Shown: piece by piece, positions 21,248-30,759 of the stretch
How positions within the stretch are numbered: position 1 is the first letter of the stretch
Layout of the letters: each line of letters starts with the position of its first letter
DNA from: Candidatus Parcubacteria bacterium
Lineage (GTDB): Bacteria; Patescibacteriota; Patescibacteriia; Patescibacteriales; BM507
Assembly: GCA_002869265.1 (NCBI GenBank)
Contig: PKTH01000005.1
Span: 1,423 to 65,422 of the forward strand
Direction of reading: 5' to 3'
Length of the DNA stretch: 64,000 nucleotides
Program-made: the position numbers and the translations under genes
The notes under the pieces: model-generated
What the model saw: the letters and a program-made list of their open reading frames with translations, nothing else
What the model was told of the DNA's origin: nothing
Database searches by the model: none

Positions 21248-21556
21248 ATGGTTTCACATGAGAAAGCTCTTATAACTGTGTGTTCTAAATATGTCGCTTG
21301 TTTAAAGATTCTAATTGACTTTCTTATTTCCGACAACATTATGGAAATTATGGCATCTGAAGAAGATGCTGGAGATCAGCTCAAAAAAATTACTATTCAA
21401 AACGGATATTCATTTAAGCTAAGAGCTTTAATGGGGGAGCCAAAGTCCAAATCGCTTAGTGAACTAATTGAAACCGCCAAGGCTCTTCGCACCTTCTCTT
21501 TAGAAATTGGGGAAATTGAAATACTTCCCCCCAAACTACTTAAAGGGCGTCTTTAA
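21248..21556 (+). CDS. Hypothetical protein
   Basis: 102 aa, GGAGG SD, terminator hairpin AACGAACCG/CGGTTCGTT after the stop. No family recognised. Confidence 0.45.
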   Translation: MVSHEKALITVCSKYVACLKILIDFLISDNIMEIMASEEDAGDQLKKITIQNGYSFKLRALMGEPKSKSLSELIETAKALRTFSLEIGEIEILPPKLLKGRL

Positions 21557-21590
21557 ACCTCAATAACGAACCGTAATATCGGTTCGTTTT

Positions 21591-24419
21591 TTATTCCATC
21601 TCTTTCCAATTTTTGCCTTCCTTATAGTCAACTATTAAAGGAACTTTCAGTTTAAAAACATTTTCCATTAATCCTTTTATTTCTTTTGTAAAATTACTCT
21701 TTACTTTTTCATCCACTTCAAATAAAAGCTCATCATGGACTTGCAATAGCATTTTTACATCATCCTTGTTGTATTTAATATTTATAAAATCATAAACATC
21801 AACCATCGCCTTCTTTATTAGGTCAGCGGCTGTTCCCTGTATGGGTGTATTGATAGCCATCCTTTCAGCTCCTTTTCTAACCATGGCCATTGAAGAGTTT
21901 ATTTCCGGTAAAAGTCTTTTTCTACCCAGCATTGTCTCTACACAACCGTCCACTCGAGCCTGCTCAATCACCTTGTCTAGATATTGTCTAACTTTTTTAT
22001 ATGAATCAAAATACTGGTCAATAAATTCCTTGGCCCTAGCATATGAGATATCAACATTTTGTGCTAGGCCATGAGGCCCTTGTCCATAAAGGACTCCAAA
22101 ATTAACCGCCTTTGCTTCTCTTCTCATTTCACTTGTAACCTCATCTATTTTAACTCCATTTATTTCAGCTGCCGTCGCCGTATGAATATCCACCTTATCT
22201 TTAAATGCCTTAATCATCTTTGTATCTCCTGAAAGATGAGCCGCTATCCTTAATTCTATTTGAGAATAATCAAACGCCACAAAGACTTTACCTTCTTCGG
22301 CCACAAAAGCTTTTCGAATATTTCTTCCCAGCTCAGTCTTAACCGGTATGTTCTGCATATTTGGATCAGTAGAAGATAGTCTGCCAGTCGCAGCCACAGT
22401 CTGATTATAGCTCGTATGAATTCTGCCCGTCTTTTCGTTTACTAGTTCAGGCAGGGTGTCTATATATGTGCTTATTAGTTTGTTCAACTCTCTGTATTCT
22501 TGAATCAAGGGAATTATTTGGTGTTGTTCTTTTAGCTTCTCAAGTTCATCAGCTGAGGTTGAAAACCCTGTCTTGGTTTTTGAAATGCCAAAAGTAGAGA
22601 TGGCAAGTTTTTCGAAAAGGATAACTTTCAGTTGTTTGGTAGAGTTTATATTAAAATCTTCTCCCGCCTCTTTCCAAGTCTTTTTCTGAATACTTTCAAG
22701 TTTTTTATGAGTATCTGCACCAAGTTTTTTTAAAAACCCCACATCCAGTTTTATCCCACTTTGTTCCATGTCAGCTAGTATTCTTATTAGAGGAATTTCT
22801 AGATCGTTAAATAACTTAGTAAAATTATTTTTTTTGATTAGTTTAGAAAGCTTTAAATATAATTTGTTTGTAAAATCAGCATCTTCACATGAATAAATTC
22901 CAAGAAGCTCTGTATCAAGCTCTGAAAATGTTTTTTTATCTTTACCACTACCCAGAAGCTCGGCTGTTGATATTTTCTCAAACCCCAGCTCAGAAAAAGT
23001 AACAACGTCAAGATTGTGTTGACGAGAGCTAGAATTCAAAATAAAAGAAGCCAGCATAGTATCAAAATCTATTCCCAAAACATTAACCCCATTGTTCATC
23101 ATTACTTTCATGTCAAATTTCATATTATGAGCACATTTGCCAATATTTTTATTTTCGAAAATTGGTTTTAATTTTTCAAGCCATGGATGAACTGACTTGG
23201 TTTTTGTTTCTACAGGATTTGAATAATTAAATAAATTCACTTCCTTGTCCACTCTCTCTTCACCCGCGACAACCAAGTAAAAAGCTTCGTCAGCCTTCCA
23301 GGAAAAACTAATTCCCAAAAGCTCCGAGCTTATTGGGTCGAAACCGCTAGTTTCTGTATCAAAACTAAAATGTTTTTGCTTTTTTAGCTCTTTCAAAAAT
23401 TTGTTAAACTCTTTTTCTGTTTCAACTATTATATATTTAAAAAGACTTTTATCTCTTTCAAATTTATTAGCACTGGTTTCTTTGGTCTCTTTTTTTGAAA
23501 GTTCTTGGACTCTTGGCAAAAGGGATTTGAACTCTAGCTCACTAAATAACTCTAAAATTTTATCTAATTCTAAATTACCAAAACGAGCCTTTTCTAAATC
23601 AAATTTTATATCAACATCAAGCTTAATTGTTGCCAAACTTTTACTCAGAATTGCATCTTCCTTGTGCTCTATTAAAAGATTTTTTATTCTTTCAGTAAAA
23701 ACATTATCTAGATCATTTTTTAAAATGCTTTTATCAATTTTTTCTTTTTTACCTTCAAGATAATTATAAAGATTGTCCAAATTGCCAAATTTTTGGATTA
23801 TCTCAACAGCTGTCTTTTCACCAACCCCTCTAACACCAGGTATGTTGTCACTAGGGTCGCCTCGTAGAGCCTTGTAGTCGATTACTTGCTCAACCCCTAT
23901 GCCGTATTTTTCCTTTACCGCAGTCTCGTCATAAATAACTGAGTCTGACATCCCCCGGCTCATAGTATAGACTTTTGTACTATCATCTATTAACTGCAGA
24001 GTATCCATGTCACCAGTTAATATTATCTTATCTATGGTGCCGTCAGTGGTCTTTGAAATTGTTCCGATTAGATCGTCTGCTTCATACCCTGATTTTTCAA
24101 AAATTGGAACTCCAAAAGCTTTGGCTATCTCTTTTACCCTAGGAAACTGAGAATAAAGTTCGTCCGGCGCCTTTTCTCTCTTTGCTTTATATTCACTAAA
24201 CTCTTCATGTCTAAATGTTGGTCCTTTTTTATCTAGAGTTAAAACAATATATTCAGGACTGAAATCCTTAATAGCTTTAATTAAAACACTAGTAAAGCCA
24301 TACACAGCATTGGTGGGCTCACCCTTCTTTGTTTGAATGCTTGGCGGAAGAGCATGAAAACTCCTATGAATCAAGGCATTTCCGTCAATAATAATTAGTT
24401 TTTCTTTGTGTTTGCTCAT
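21591..24419 (-). CDS. polA: DNA polymerase I
   Basis: 942 aa. 5' nuclease domain (LIIIDGNALIHRSFHA), 3'-5' exonuclease-like middle, family-A polymerase motifs (DYSQIELR, QVHDEL). Confidence 0.93.
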   Translation of the reverse strand: MSKHKEKLIIIDGNALIHRSFHALPPSIQTKKGEPTNAVYGFTSVLIKAIKDFSPEYIVLTLDKKGPTFRHEEFSEYKAKREKAPDELYSQFPRVKEIAKAFGVPIFEKSGYEADDLIGTISKTTDGTIDKIILTGDMDTLQLIDDSTKVYTMSRGMSDSVIYDETAVKEKYGIGVEQVIDYKALRGDPSDNIPGVRGVGEKTAVEIIQKFGNLDNLYNYLEGKKEKIDKSILKNDLDNVFTERIKNLLIEHKEDAILSKSLATIKLDVDIKFDLEKARFGNLELDKILELFSELEFKSLLPRVQELSKKETKETSANKFERDKSLFKYIIVETEKEFNKFLKELKKQKHFSFDTETSGFDPISSELLGISFSWKADEAFYLVVAGEERVDKEVNLFNYSNPVETKTKSVHPWLEKLKPIFENKNIGKCAHNMKFDMKVMMNNGVNVLGIDFDTMLASFILNSSSRQHNLDVVTFSELGFEKISTAELLGSGKDKKTFSELDTELLGIYSCEDADFTNKLYLKLSKLIKKNNFTKLFNDLEIPLIRILADMEQSGIKLDVGFLKKLGADTHKKLESIQKKTWKEAGEDFNINSTKQLKVILFEKLAISTFGISKTKTGFSTSADELEKLKEQHQIIPLIQEYRELNKLISTYIDTLPELVNEKTGRIHTSYNQTVAATGRLSSTDPNMQNIPVKTELGRNIRKAFVAEEGKVFVAFDYSQIELRIAAHLSGDTKMIKAFKDKVDIHTATAAEINGVKIDEVTSEMRREAKAVNFGVLYGQGPHGLAQNVDISYARAKEFIDQYFDSYKKVRQYLDKVIEQARVDGCVETMLGRKRLLPEINSSMAMVRKGAERMAINTPIQGTAADLIKKAMVDVYDFINIKYNKDDVKMLLQVHDELLFEVDEKVKSNFTKEIKGLMENVFKLKVPLIVDYKEGKNWKEME

Positions 24420-24642
24420 GTAAACATTACATCACACTGATGCTAATTTTACAAGAAAATTCATTTTTGAAAATATCCCAGTTTTTTTAAAAATAGCTTA
24501 AAATTTAAAAAACATTCTATAAAACTTCTATCAAATATGCCAAAAATAAAAATTCAAGAAAGCAGTTAAATTAATTACTTTAAGCATATTCTCAATTAAC
24601 AAAAAAAGCTCACTAAAGGGAGCTTTTTTATTTTTAAATTGA

Positions 24643-25395
24643 TTATTTTCCCTTTTCCCCAAAGCTTTCAAACGCTCTAAGTATCTCCAATGGAACTGCA
24701 AAAACTATAGTATTTGATTGATCAGAGCTTATATCGTTTATTGATTGCAAAGTTCTTAAGTGAAGTGCCCCCTTAGACTCAGATAAAGTATGTGCTGCCT
24801 TGGACATGTTGTTGGCGGCCATTACTTCACCCTCTGCCTTAATGATAATTGCTCTTTTTTCTCTTTCAGCCTCAGCCTGCTTTCCTATTACTCTTTTCAT
24901 TTCTTCTGGGAGAGTAATGTCTTTGAGTTCAACATTAATAACTTTTATCCCCCATGGGTCTGTAGCTTTATCAATTATGTTTTTTATATTGTTTGAAACT
25001 CTTTCTCTCTGAGAGAGAAGCTCATCTAAATCAACTTCACCCACAGCATTTCGCATAGTTGTTTGTGCTAGCTGAGAAATTGCATAATAAAAATCTTCAA
25101 CTTCTATTATAGCTTTATTCGCATCTTCAACCTTATAATATATAACTGCATTTACGCTAACTGAGATATTGTCCTTGGTTATCGCTTCTTGATGAGCTAC
25201 ATCCACTGCTTTCACACGGAGATCTATATTTTTATATGTCTGGATTATGGGGAAAACAAGTCTCCATCCAGGTTCCATCAATCCTATGTATTTTCCAAAC
25301 ATAAACTTAACTCCTTTTTGATATTGATTAATCTGCCTGATAGAAACAACAATAATTGCTCCAATCACAAAAATAACCCATAAGAAAATATCCAT
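24643..25395 (-). CDS. SPFH/band-7 (stomatin/prohibitin-like) membrane protein
   Basis: 250 aa. N-terminal TM plus SPFH-domain blocks (LRTLQ, coiled-coil EAEREKRA). Confidence 0.8.
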   Translation of the reverse strand: MDIFLWVIFVIGAIIVVSIRQINQYQKGVKFMFGKYIGLMEPGWRLVFPIIQTYKNIDLRVKAVDVAHQEAITKDNISVSVNAVIYYKVEDANKAIIEVEDFYYAISQLAQTTMRNAVGEVDLDELLSQRERVSNNIKNIIDKATDPWGIKVINVELKDITLPEEMKRVIGKQAEAEREKRAIIIKAEGEVMAANNMSKAAHTLSESKGALHLRTLQSINDISSDQSNTIVFAVPLEILRAFESFGEKGK

Positions 25396-25501
25396 ATTAT
25401 TTAGTTTTAATAATAACTATTCATACTATATTACAGGTATATTAAAAATTTATTAAATTATAAGCACAAAAAAAAGACTGTCTTAAACAGTCTTTTAAAT
25501 G

Positions 25502-25575
25502 TGGACGCACAAGGACTCGAACCTTGGACCCCTTCGGTGTAAACGAAGTGCTCTAGCCAACTGAGCTATGCGTCC
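25502..25575 (-). tRNA. tRNA-Val (anticodon TAC)
   Basis: Reverse complement folds as a cloverleaf: GGACGCA-TA-GCTC-AGTTGGCTA-GAGC-A-CTTCG-TTTACAC-CGAAG-GGGTC-CAAGG-TTCGAGT-CCTTG-TGCGTCC-A. CCA is not encoded. Confidence 0.9.
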
Positions 25576-25586
25576 GTATTTGCCTG

Positions 25587-25670
<84 letters not shown>

Positions 25671-25697
25671 AATAGATCTTTGGGCAGGTATTCTATA

Positions 25698-26096
25698 TTA
25701 ATCTAGCTTTGTTTCTTTCAATCTCTTTTTATATCCTCTTCTCAAGAAAAATAGTTTTGCTCTTCTTACTCTAGCCTGTTTTTTAATCTCAATCTTATCG
25801 ATTGTAGGCAGATTTAGAGGGAAGATCTTTTCGACTCCAACTCCATTTGAAATTTTTCTTAGAGTAATTGTTCCACCAGCTTCATCACCGTGTTTTTTGG
25901 CAATAATCATCCCTTCAAAGTACTGGATTCTTTCCTTTTCATCGCCCTTAATATTAAGCTCCTTAATTTTTTGATAAACACGAACAGTCATTCCAGGCTT
26001 TAATTTTGCTGGATCAACATTTTTGCTATCTTTTTTGTCCTTTGACTCTTCTACTTTTACTTCTTGAGTCTTGTCTTCTGTTTTTACTTCAGTCAT
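25698..26096 (-). CDS. rplS: 50S ribosomal protein L19 (with a K/E-rich N-terminal extension)
   Basis: 132 aa. L19 core: [13 protein letters not shown]...[15 protein letters not shown]...[19 protein letters not shown]. Confidence 0.88.
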   Translation of the reverse strand: MTEVKTEDKTQEVKVEESKDKKDSKNVDPAKLKPGMTVRVYQKIKELNIKGDEKERIQYFEGMIIAKKHGDEAGGTITLRKISNGVGVEKIFPLNLPTIDKIEIKKQARVRRAKLFFLRRGYKKRLKETKLD

Positions 26097-26155
26097 ATTT
26101 TTAAATATAAAAATAGAACCACCGGCTCTACTTGTACTTCTTTAAGTCTTTAAAA

Positions 26156-26184
26156 ATATTATAATAATTATTAATATTTGTCAA
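26156..26184 (-). promoter_or_regulatory. Sigma70-type promoter for rplS and the tRNAs
   Basis: Minus strand: TTGACA, 17-nt spacer, TAATAT. Confidence 0.5.
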
Positions 26185-26240
26185 TACAAGAAAAAGAGGC
26201 TGTAAAAAGCCTCTTTTTTCTTTATTTTTAGCTAAATGCT

Positions 26241-26360
26241 CTATGATTCTTGGTTAACCATTGGAACCCCGCAGCAAACCAATTCTCCAGCTCCAGTTTC
26301 TATTACCTTGACGACGTTTCCACAAATTTCGCATTTGTATACTTCGTTTTCTTTTGTCAT
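26241..26360 (-). CDS. Desulforedoxin (39 aa), not in the ORF track
   Basis: [39 protein letters not shown]. This matches the desulforedoxin pattern YKCxxCGNxVxV...G.LxCCGxxM (compare D. gigas Dx). Confidence 0.85.
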   Translation of the reverse strand: MTKENEVYKCEICGNVVKVIETGAGELVCCGVPMVNQES

Positions 26361-26376
26361 ATTATATTTTTAATAA

Positions 26377-26508
26377 TTAATCGCTCCATTTTAATGGTAA
26401 AATCTCCATAACTTCACCACAACAATAAATATCTCCATCGCCGTTTTCAATAACCTCTATAAGATTACCACAAATTTCACATTTATATTTACCGTCTTTT
26501 ACTGTCAT
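26377..26508 (-). CDS. Desulforedoxin paralog (43 aa), not in the ORF track
   Basis: [43 protein letters not shown], with the same CxxC...CC iron-binding pattern. Confidence 0.8.
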   Translation of the reverse strand: MTVKDGKYKCEICGNLIEVIENGDGDIYCCGEVMEILPLKWSD

Positions 26509-26514
26509 ATGTTT

Positions 26515-27048
26515 TTAATAATTTTCTGCTTTTATTTCAAAATGTGCCTGAGGATGTTTGCAGGCCGGGCATGATTCTGGCGCCACTTTTCCAAAATGTA
26601 AGTAACCACAGTTATTACATTTCCACATCACATCACCATCTGCCTCAAATACCATATTGTCCTCAATATTCTTTAATAGTTTTAAATATCTTTCTTCGTG
26701 TGCTTTTTCAACCTCGGCCACCTTTCTAAAAGCCTCAGCAATTTCAGTGTGCCCTTCTTCTTCAGCCTCTTTTGCCATTCTAGGATACATCTCCGTATTT
26801 TCTTCATGCTCTCCTTCAGCGGCAGCAGCTAAATTTGCTTTTGTGTCTCCAATAAGCTCTAAATATTTTGCCCAAAGCTTAGCATGTTCTTTCTCGTTCT
26901 CGGCCGTTTCCATAAACAGGTTGGAAATTTGAATGTAGCCAGCTTTTCGAGCAACGCTGGCAAAATATGTGTATTTATTTCTTGCCATAGACTCTCCAGC
27001 AAAAGCCTCTTCAAGATTTTTTTTAGTTTTTTCACCTAGTTGTGCCAT
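26515..27048 (-). CDS. rbr: Rubrerythrin
   Basis: 177 aa. Ferritin-like diiron domain (ExxH pairs) plus a C-terminal rubredoxin-like CNNCGY...CPACKHP. Confidence 0.88.
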   Translation of the reverse strand: MAQLGEKTKKNLEEAFAGESMARNKYTYFASVARKAGYIQISNLFMETAENEKEHAKLWAKYLELIGDTKANLAAAAEGEHEENTEMYPRMAKEAEEEGHTEIAEAFRKVAEVEKAHEERYLKLLKNIEDNMVFEADGDVMWKCNNCGYLHFGKVAPESCPACKHPQAHFEIKAENY

Positions 27049-27058
27049 AAATTTATTC

Positions 27059-27475
27059 TTACTTATTAAAATGTTCTTTATCTATTACTTTTTGATAAGA
27101 GTCTATACACTCATTTTTCATTTTTATTATAACCTTCCCTTGAAACTCTTGATCGTTTGTTGTGAGCTCTTTCATTTTGTCTAACTCCTCCTTAGAAAGG
27201 AAGTATTTATCGGCTACTTTTTTTGTCTCACTCATTACAGTAATGATATCATCTGCTACTTCCGCCTCCATCAGCATGCAAGTTAAATCAGTTTCAAAAT
27301 CTAAATATCTCTCCTCTAATGTTTTATCGCTAGTTGAACTAATTTGAGTTTCATCGTCCTGTGTTTCATTATCTGTATCTGGATAATAATCTGGTGTATT
27401 ATTTTGCGTGGAATTGCTGCAAGCAGTTAAAATAAAAACTGAAACAAAGAAAGATAAAAGAAGTAATTTTCGCAT
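27059..27475 (-). CDS. Hypothetical lipoprotein
   Basis: From the ATG at 27475: [19 protein letters not shown], a lipobox. The track ORF begins at an upstream TTG inside the preceding gene. Confidence 0.5.
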   Translation of the reverse strand: MRKLLLLSFFVSVFILTACSNSTQNNTPDYYPDTDNETQDDETQISSTSDKTLEERYLDFETDLTCMLMEAEVADDIITVMSETKKVADKYFLSKEELDKMKELTTNDQEFQGKVIIKMKNECIDSYQKVIDKEHFNK

Positions 27476-27476
27476 A

Positions 27477-28652
27477 CTAATTATTTTCAATTTTACTAAT
27501 AATTTTTTCAATCAGTTTCGAAATTTCATCCAAGTCGTTTGTTTTTGGCAGTCCTTTTATCATGATTGGTTCAAAGTATTCTTTTTCCATGTCTCCAAGG
27601 GCATTCTCGATTGTCTCTATTGTTCTTCCTCCCCAACCATAAGAACCTATAATCCCCACAAATTCTATCTTTGATTTTAACAATCTTATCACATTCATAG
27701 TCAGGACGACAAGTGGGTGGGCTTCATTCAGCATGGTTGGGGTCCCCACAATCACAAAACGTGAGTCAACCAAATGCTCTACAATACCAAGCATTCCTTC
27801 TTTTTCAATATCAACTACCACAGCTTCAATGTTTTCTGCTCTTAGCTTTTTCTCTAGATCTCTAACCAAAACTTCTGTGCTGCCATGCATGCTAAGATAA
27901 GGAATAAGAACTTTGTCTTTGTTTTCTCCTGTGGTCCAGCTTTGATAAGCGTTTAAAATAAGTTCAGGGTTTTTATATATTGGACCATGACTTGGTGCAA
28001 TCATTTCCAATTCCAGACTATTTACTTTTTCAAGATTACGTTTTATCAGTTCCCTAAAAGGCATCATGATGGCCGCGAAATATATTTTTGCTTGCTTTAT
28101 TACGTTTTCAGATTCATTGTCTGATACAAAAATATTTTTATTTGACATGTGCGCTCCAAAAAAATCACAAGAGAATAATATTTTTTCTTCTATTAAATAA
28201 GTCGAAAAAGTCTCTGGCCAATGAACCCATGGCGTAAAAATAAATCTCAAGGTTTTATCACCAAGGGAGACTTCTTGATTTTCAACGACCAACTCAAAAG
28301 AATCTTCTCTTATATGCAAAAGGTCTATTAACATGCTCTTGCAATATGCTGTTGTTAATACTTTTGCTTCTGGGTATTTTTTTAAAACCTCTCTAAGAGA
28401 ACCGGAGTGGTCTTGCTCAGCATGATTCGCTACAATATAATCAATTTTTTTTACCTGTTTTAAATTTTTTAGAAGCTCTTCGCTTTTAATATGGTCGACA
28501 GTGTCAATCAAAACGGTTTTTTCACTCCCTTCTATTAAATACGAATTATAACTAGTCCCTTCACTTAATGGTAAAAATGCATCAAACATTTTACGACTAG
28601 TATCGTTTACCCCTACATAGAAAACGTTTTTTGCTATTGGTTCTAATTTCAT
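27477..28652 (-). CDS. Flavodiiron protein (FprA / rubredoxin:oxygen oxidoreductase-like)
   Basis: 391 aa. Metallo-beta-lactamase-like diiron domain (NHAEQDHSG) fused to a C-terminal flavodoxin domain. Confidence 0.85.
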   Translation of the reverse strand: MKLEPIAKNVFYVGVNDTSRKMFDAFLPLSEGTSYNSYLIEGSEKTVLIDTVDHIKSEELLKNLKQVKKIDYIVANHAEQDHSGSLREVLKKYPEAKVLTTAYCKSMLIDLLHIREDSFELVVENQEVSLGDKTLRFIFTPWVHWPETFSTYLIEEKILFSCDFFGAHMSNKNIFVSDNESENVIKQAKIYFAAIMMPFRELIKRNLEKVNSLELEMIAPSHGPIYKNPELILNAYQSWTTGENKDKVLIPYLSMHGSTEVLVRDLEKKLRAENIEAVVVDIEKEGMLGIVEHLVDSRFVIVGTPTMLNEAHPLVVLTMNVIRLLKSKIEFVGIIGSYGWGGRTIETIENALGDMEKEYFEPIMIKGLPKTNDLDEISKLIEKIISKIENN

Positions 28653-28656
28653 TTGA

Positions 28657-29376
28657 TTAATTTAGTGCTTTATCGACTGCCGCCTTCATCTGTGAAAAAG
28701 GCACAGCTCCTTTAAGTTCTTCTCCATTTACAAAATTGCCAGGCGTCCCGCGAACTCCTCTTTCCTGTCCTTCAGATAAATCGGCCGCTACTTTTTCACT
28801 ATATCTTCCTGAATCTATACATGCATTAAACTGATCAACATTTAAACCAATCTTTATGGCAACCTTTTCAAATATATCTGCGTTAAGACTTTTTTGATTT
28901 GCATACAGCGTGTCAATATAGTGCCAAAAATCTTCTTGCTCTCCTGCACACTCTGCTGCTTCCGCTGCTTTTCTGGCATATGGGTGTAGTGAATCTAGAG
29001 GGAAGTGCTTATACTCCCACTTTACTTGATTTGGATATTCTTCCATGACTTGTTTTAAAGTTTCATGGTGCTTAGCACAATATGGGCATTGAATATCTGA
29101 ATATTCCGTAATTGAAACCAAAGCTTCCGTATTGCCTCGAACCCAAACACCAGCAACCCTTTCTTCATGGAGATCGATCCTTTCAACACTTATTAGTCCG
29201 TCACCTGCTCTATCATCAACTTTGACTATTTTCTCACTATCCAATTCATTTCTCACTAACTCCACTTGGTTGTTTTTAAGGTAAAGCACCCCGAGAACAA
29301 TCAATCCTAGTAAAGAAATTGCCGCTACTCCGACAGAGAGGCCGACGGCGAACGCAAGTTTTTCGTTTTTTTGCAT
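28657..29376 (-). CDS. Membrane-anchored DsbA-family thiol:disulfide oxidoreductase
   Basis: 239 aa. N-terminal TM and a thioredoxin fold with a CPYC active site. Confidence 0.8.
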   Translation of the reverse strand: MQKNEKLAFAVGLSVGVAAISLLGLIVLGVLYLKNNQVELVRNELDSEKIVKVDDRAGDGLISVERIDLHEERVAGVWVRGNTEALVSITEYSDIQCPYCAKHHETLKQVMEEYPNQVKWEYKHFPLDSLHPYARKAAEAAECAGEQEDFWHYIDTLYANQKSLNADIFEKVAIKIGLNVDQFNACIDSGRYSEKVAADLSEGQERGVRGTPGNFVNGEELKGAVPFSQMKAAVDKALN

Positions 29377-29386
29377 ATATATATTT

Positions 29387-30754
29387 TTATGAGTTAATTA
29401 AGTTTAAAATTTCATCTCTTTTTTCTTCCATGGTTTTTTTGTCTACTGCTTCCAGATTTAGTCTAAGGAGGGGTTCTGTGTTAGACTTTCTGATGCTAAA
29501 CCAATATTCTGGAAAAGCAATATATATTCCATCAAGTTCATTTATTTCTCCCTTTGAATATTTTGTTTTTATATTCTGCATTATTTTTTCAGGATCATCC
29601 ACAATACTATTATGCTCTCCAGAATGAAAATATTTTCTATACTTATTTGCATGCTCTGCCATCGTTTCTTCCCCCCTCGAGAGCTCCTCTAAGACTTTTA
29701 ATGTTATTAGTGTCGGCACTTCGTAACAGCCCTCGTCTTTCATGTTGAAATAAAAATGGCCTGTGGCCTCCGTAGAGAAAAAGATGTCTTCTCTAAGAGC
29801 TTGTTCTTTTATAAGGGAGTGGCCAATTTTTGTTGGAACAGGGATTCCTCCGTTCTCTCTTATTACGTCTTCTGTTATTTTCCCTGGTCTTATGTCGTGT
29901 CCAATTTTTTTGCCAGCATTTCCTTCTAAAAATATTTTACTCAAAAAAGCCTTTGTCACTCCTGACTCAACAATCTCTCCTTCGTTGTCAACGAAAAATA
30001 TTCTATCCCCATCACCATCCGTTGAGATGCCTAAATCTGCTTTTTCTTTTTTCACTGCCGCACAAAGCTCTTGCATATTTTCTGGTTTTAAGGGGTCTGC
30101 CTCATGTGCTGGGAAAGTGCCGTCTAAATCCCAATTGATTCTAACTAGCTCGCAAGGTAAATATTTAAATAATTCATCAAAATATTGAGCTCCCATTGCA
30201 TTAGCAGGATCAATAACGATCTTCATTTTTTTAATATTTTCCGGATTGGCCATTTTTAAACGAACCTTTATCTGGTCTGCAAGAACCCCTTCTTTTTTTA
30301 TACTCTCCCCACCCGAAATCTTTTCACCAAAATCATTTTCCAAAACCATATCCCGCAAAGTTAAAATGCCAGTATCTCCACTAAGGGGCACTGCCTTGGA
30401 TCTAACCATTTTAAATCCATTATATTGTCCCGGATTATGAGAAGCTGAAACCAAAACTCCACCATCATAAGAATAATATGAAACTGCAAAATAAAAGCTT
30501 GGGGTTGAAGACAGGTCAATATCAACAACTGTTAAACCCTCGTCAAGTAATCCTTCAATAAGCTTCTCCTTCAACACAGGAGATGATAAGCGCATATCAG
30601 AACCAACAACTATATTTAAGTTTCTTTTATCAAGCTCTTTTTTTCTTAATTGTCCGTAAGCTCTCCCTAGCTTATAAGCCATCTCTTCATCAAAATCTTC
30701 CTTATAAACGCCTCTAATGTCATAAGCTTTAAATATTGATGGATTAATTTTCAT
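29387..30754 (-). CDS. Phosphomannomutase/phosphoglucomutase (alpha-D-phosphohexomutase), copy 1
   Basis: 455 aa. Active-site SASHNPGQYNGFK and metal-binding TDGDGDR. Confidence 0.88.
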   Translation of the reverse strand: MKINPSIFKAYDIRGVYKEDFDEEMAYKLGRAYGQLRKKELDKRNLNIVVGSDMRLSSPVLKEKLIEGLLDEGLTVVDIDLSSTPSFYFAVSYYSYDGGVLVSASHNPGQYNGFKMVRSKAVPLSGDTGILTLRDMVLENDFGEKISGGESIKKEGVLADQIKVRLKMANPENIKKMKIVIDPANAMGAQYFDELFKYLPCELVRINWDLDGTFPAHEADPLKPENMQELCAAVKKEKADLGISTDGDGDRIFFVDNEGEIVESGVTKAFLSKIFLEGNAGKKIGHDIRPGKITEDVIRENGGIPVPTKIGHSLIKEQALREDIFFSTEATGHFYFNMKDEGCYEVPTLITLKVLEELSRGEETMAEHANKYRKYFHSGEHNSIVDDPEKIMQNIKTKYSKGEINELDGIYIAFPEYWFSIRKSNTEPLLRLNLEAVDKKTMEEKRDEILNLINS

Positions 30755-30759
30755 AATAT

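Noticed and set aside
21841-24000. Long antisense ORFs inside polA, and similarly inside the histidine kinase, SMC, the PMM genes, recA, efp and others
   Set aside because: All are shadow frames opposite well-supported genes, with Ser/Leu/Phe-rich low-complexity translations and no SD.
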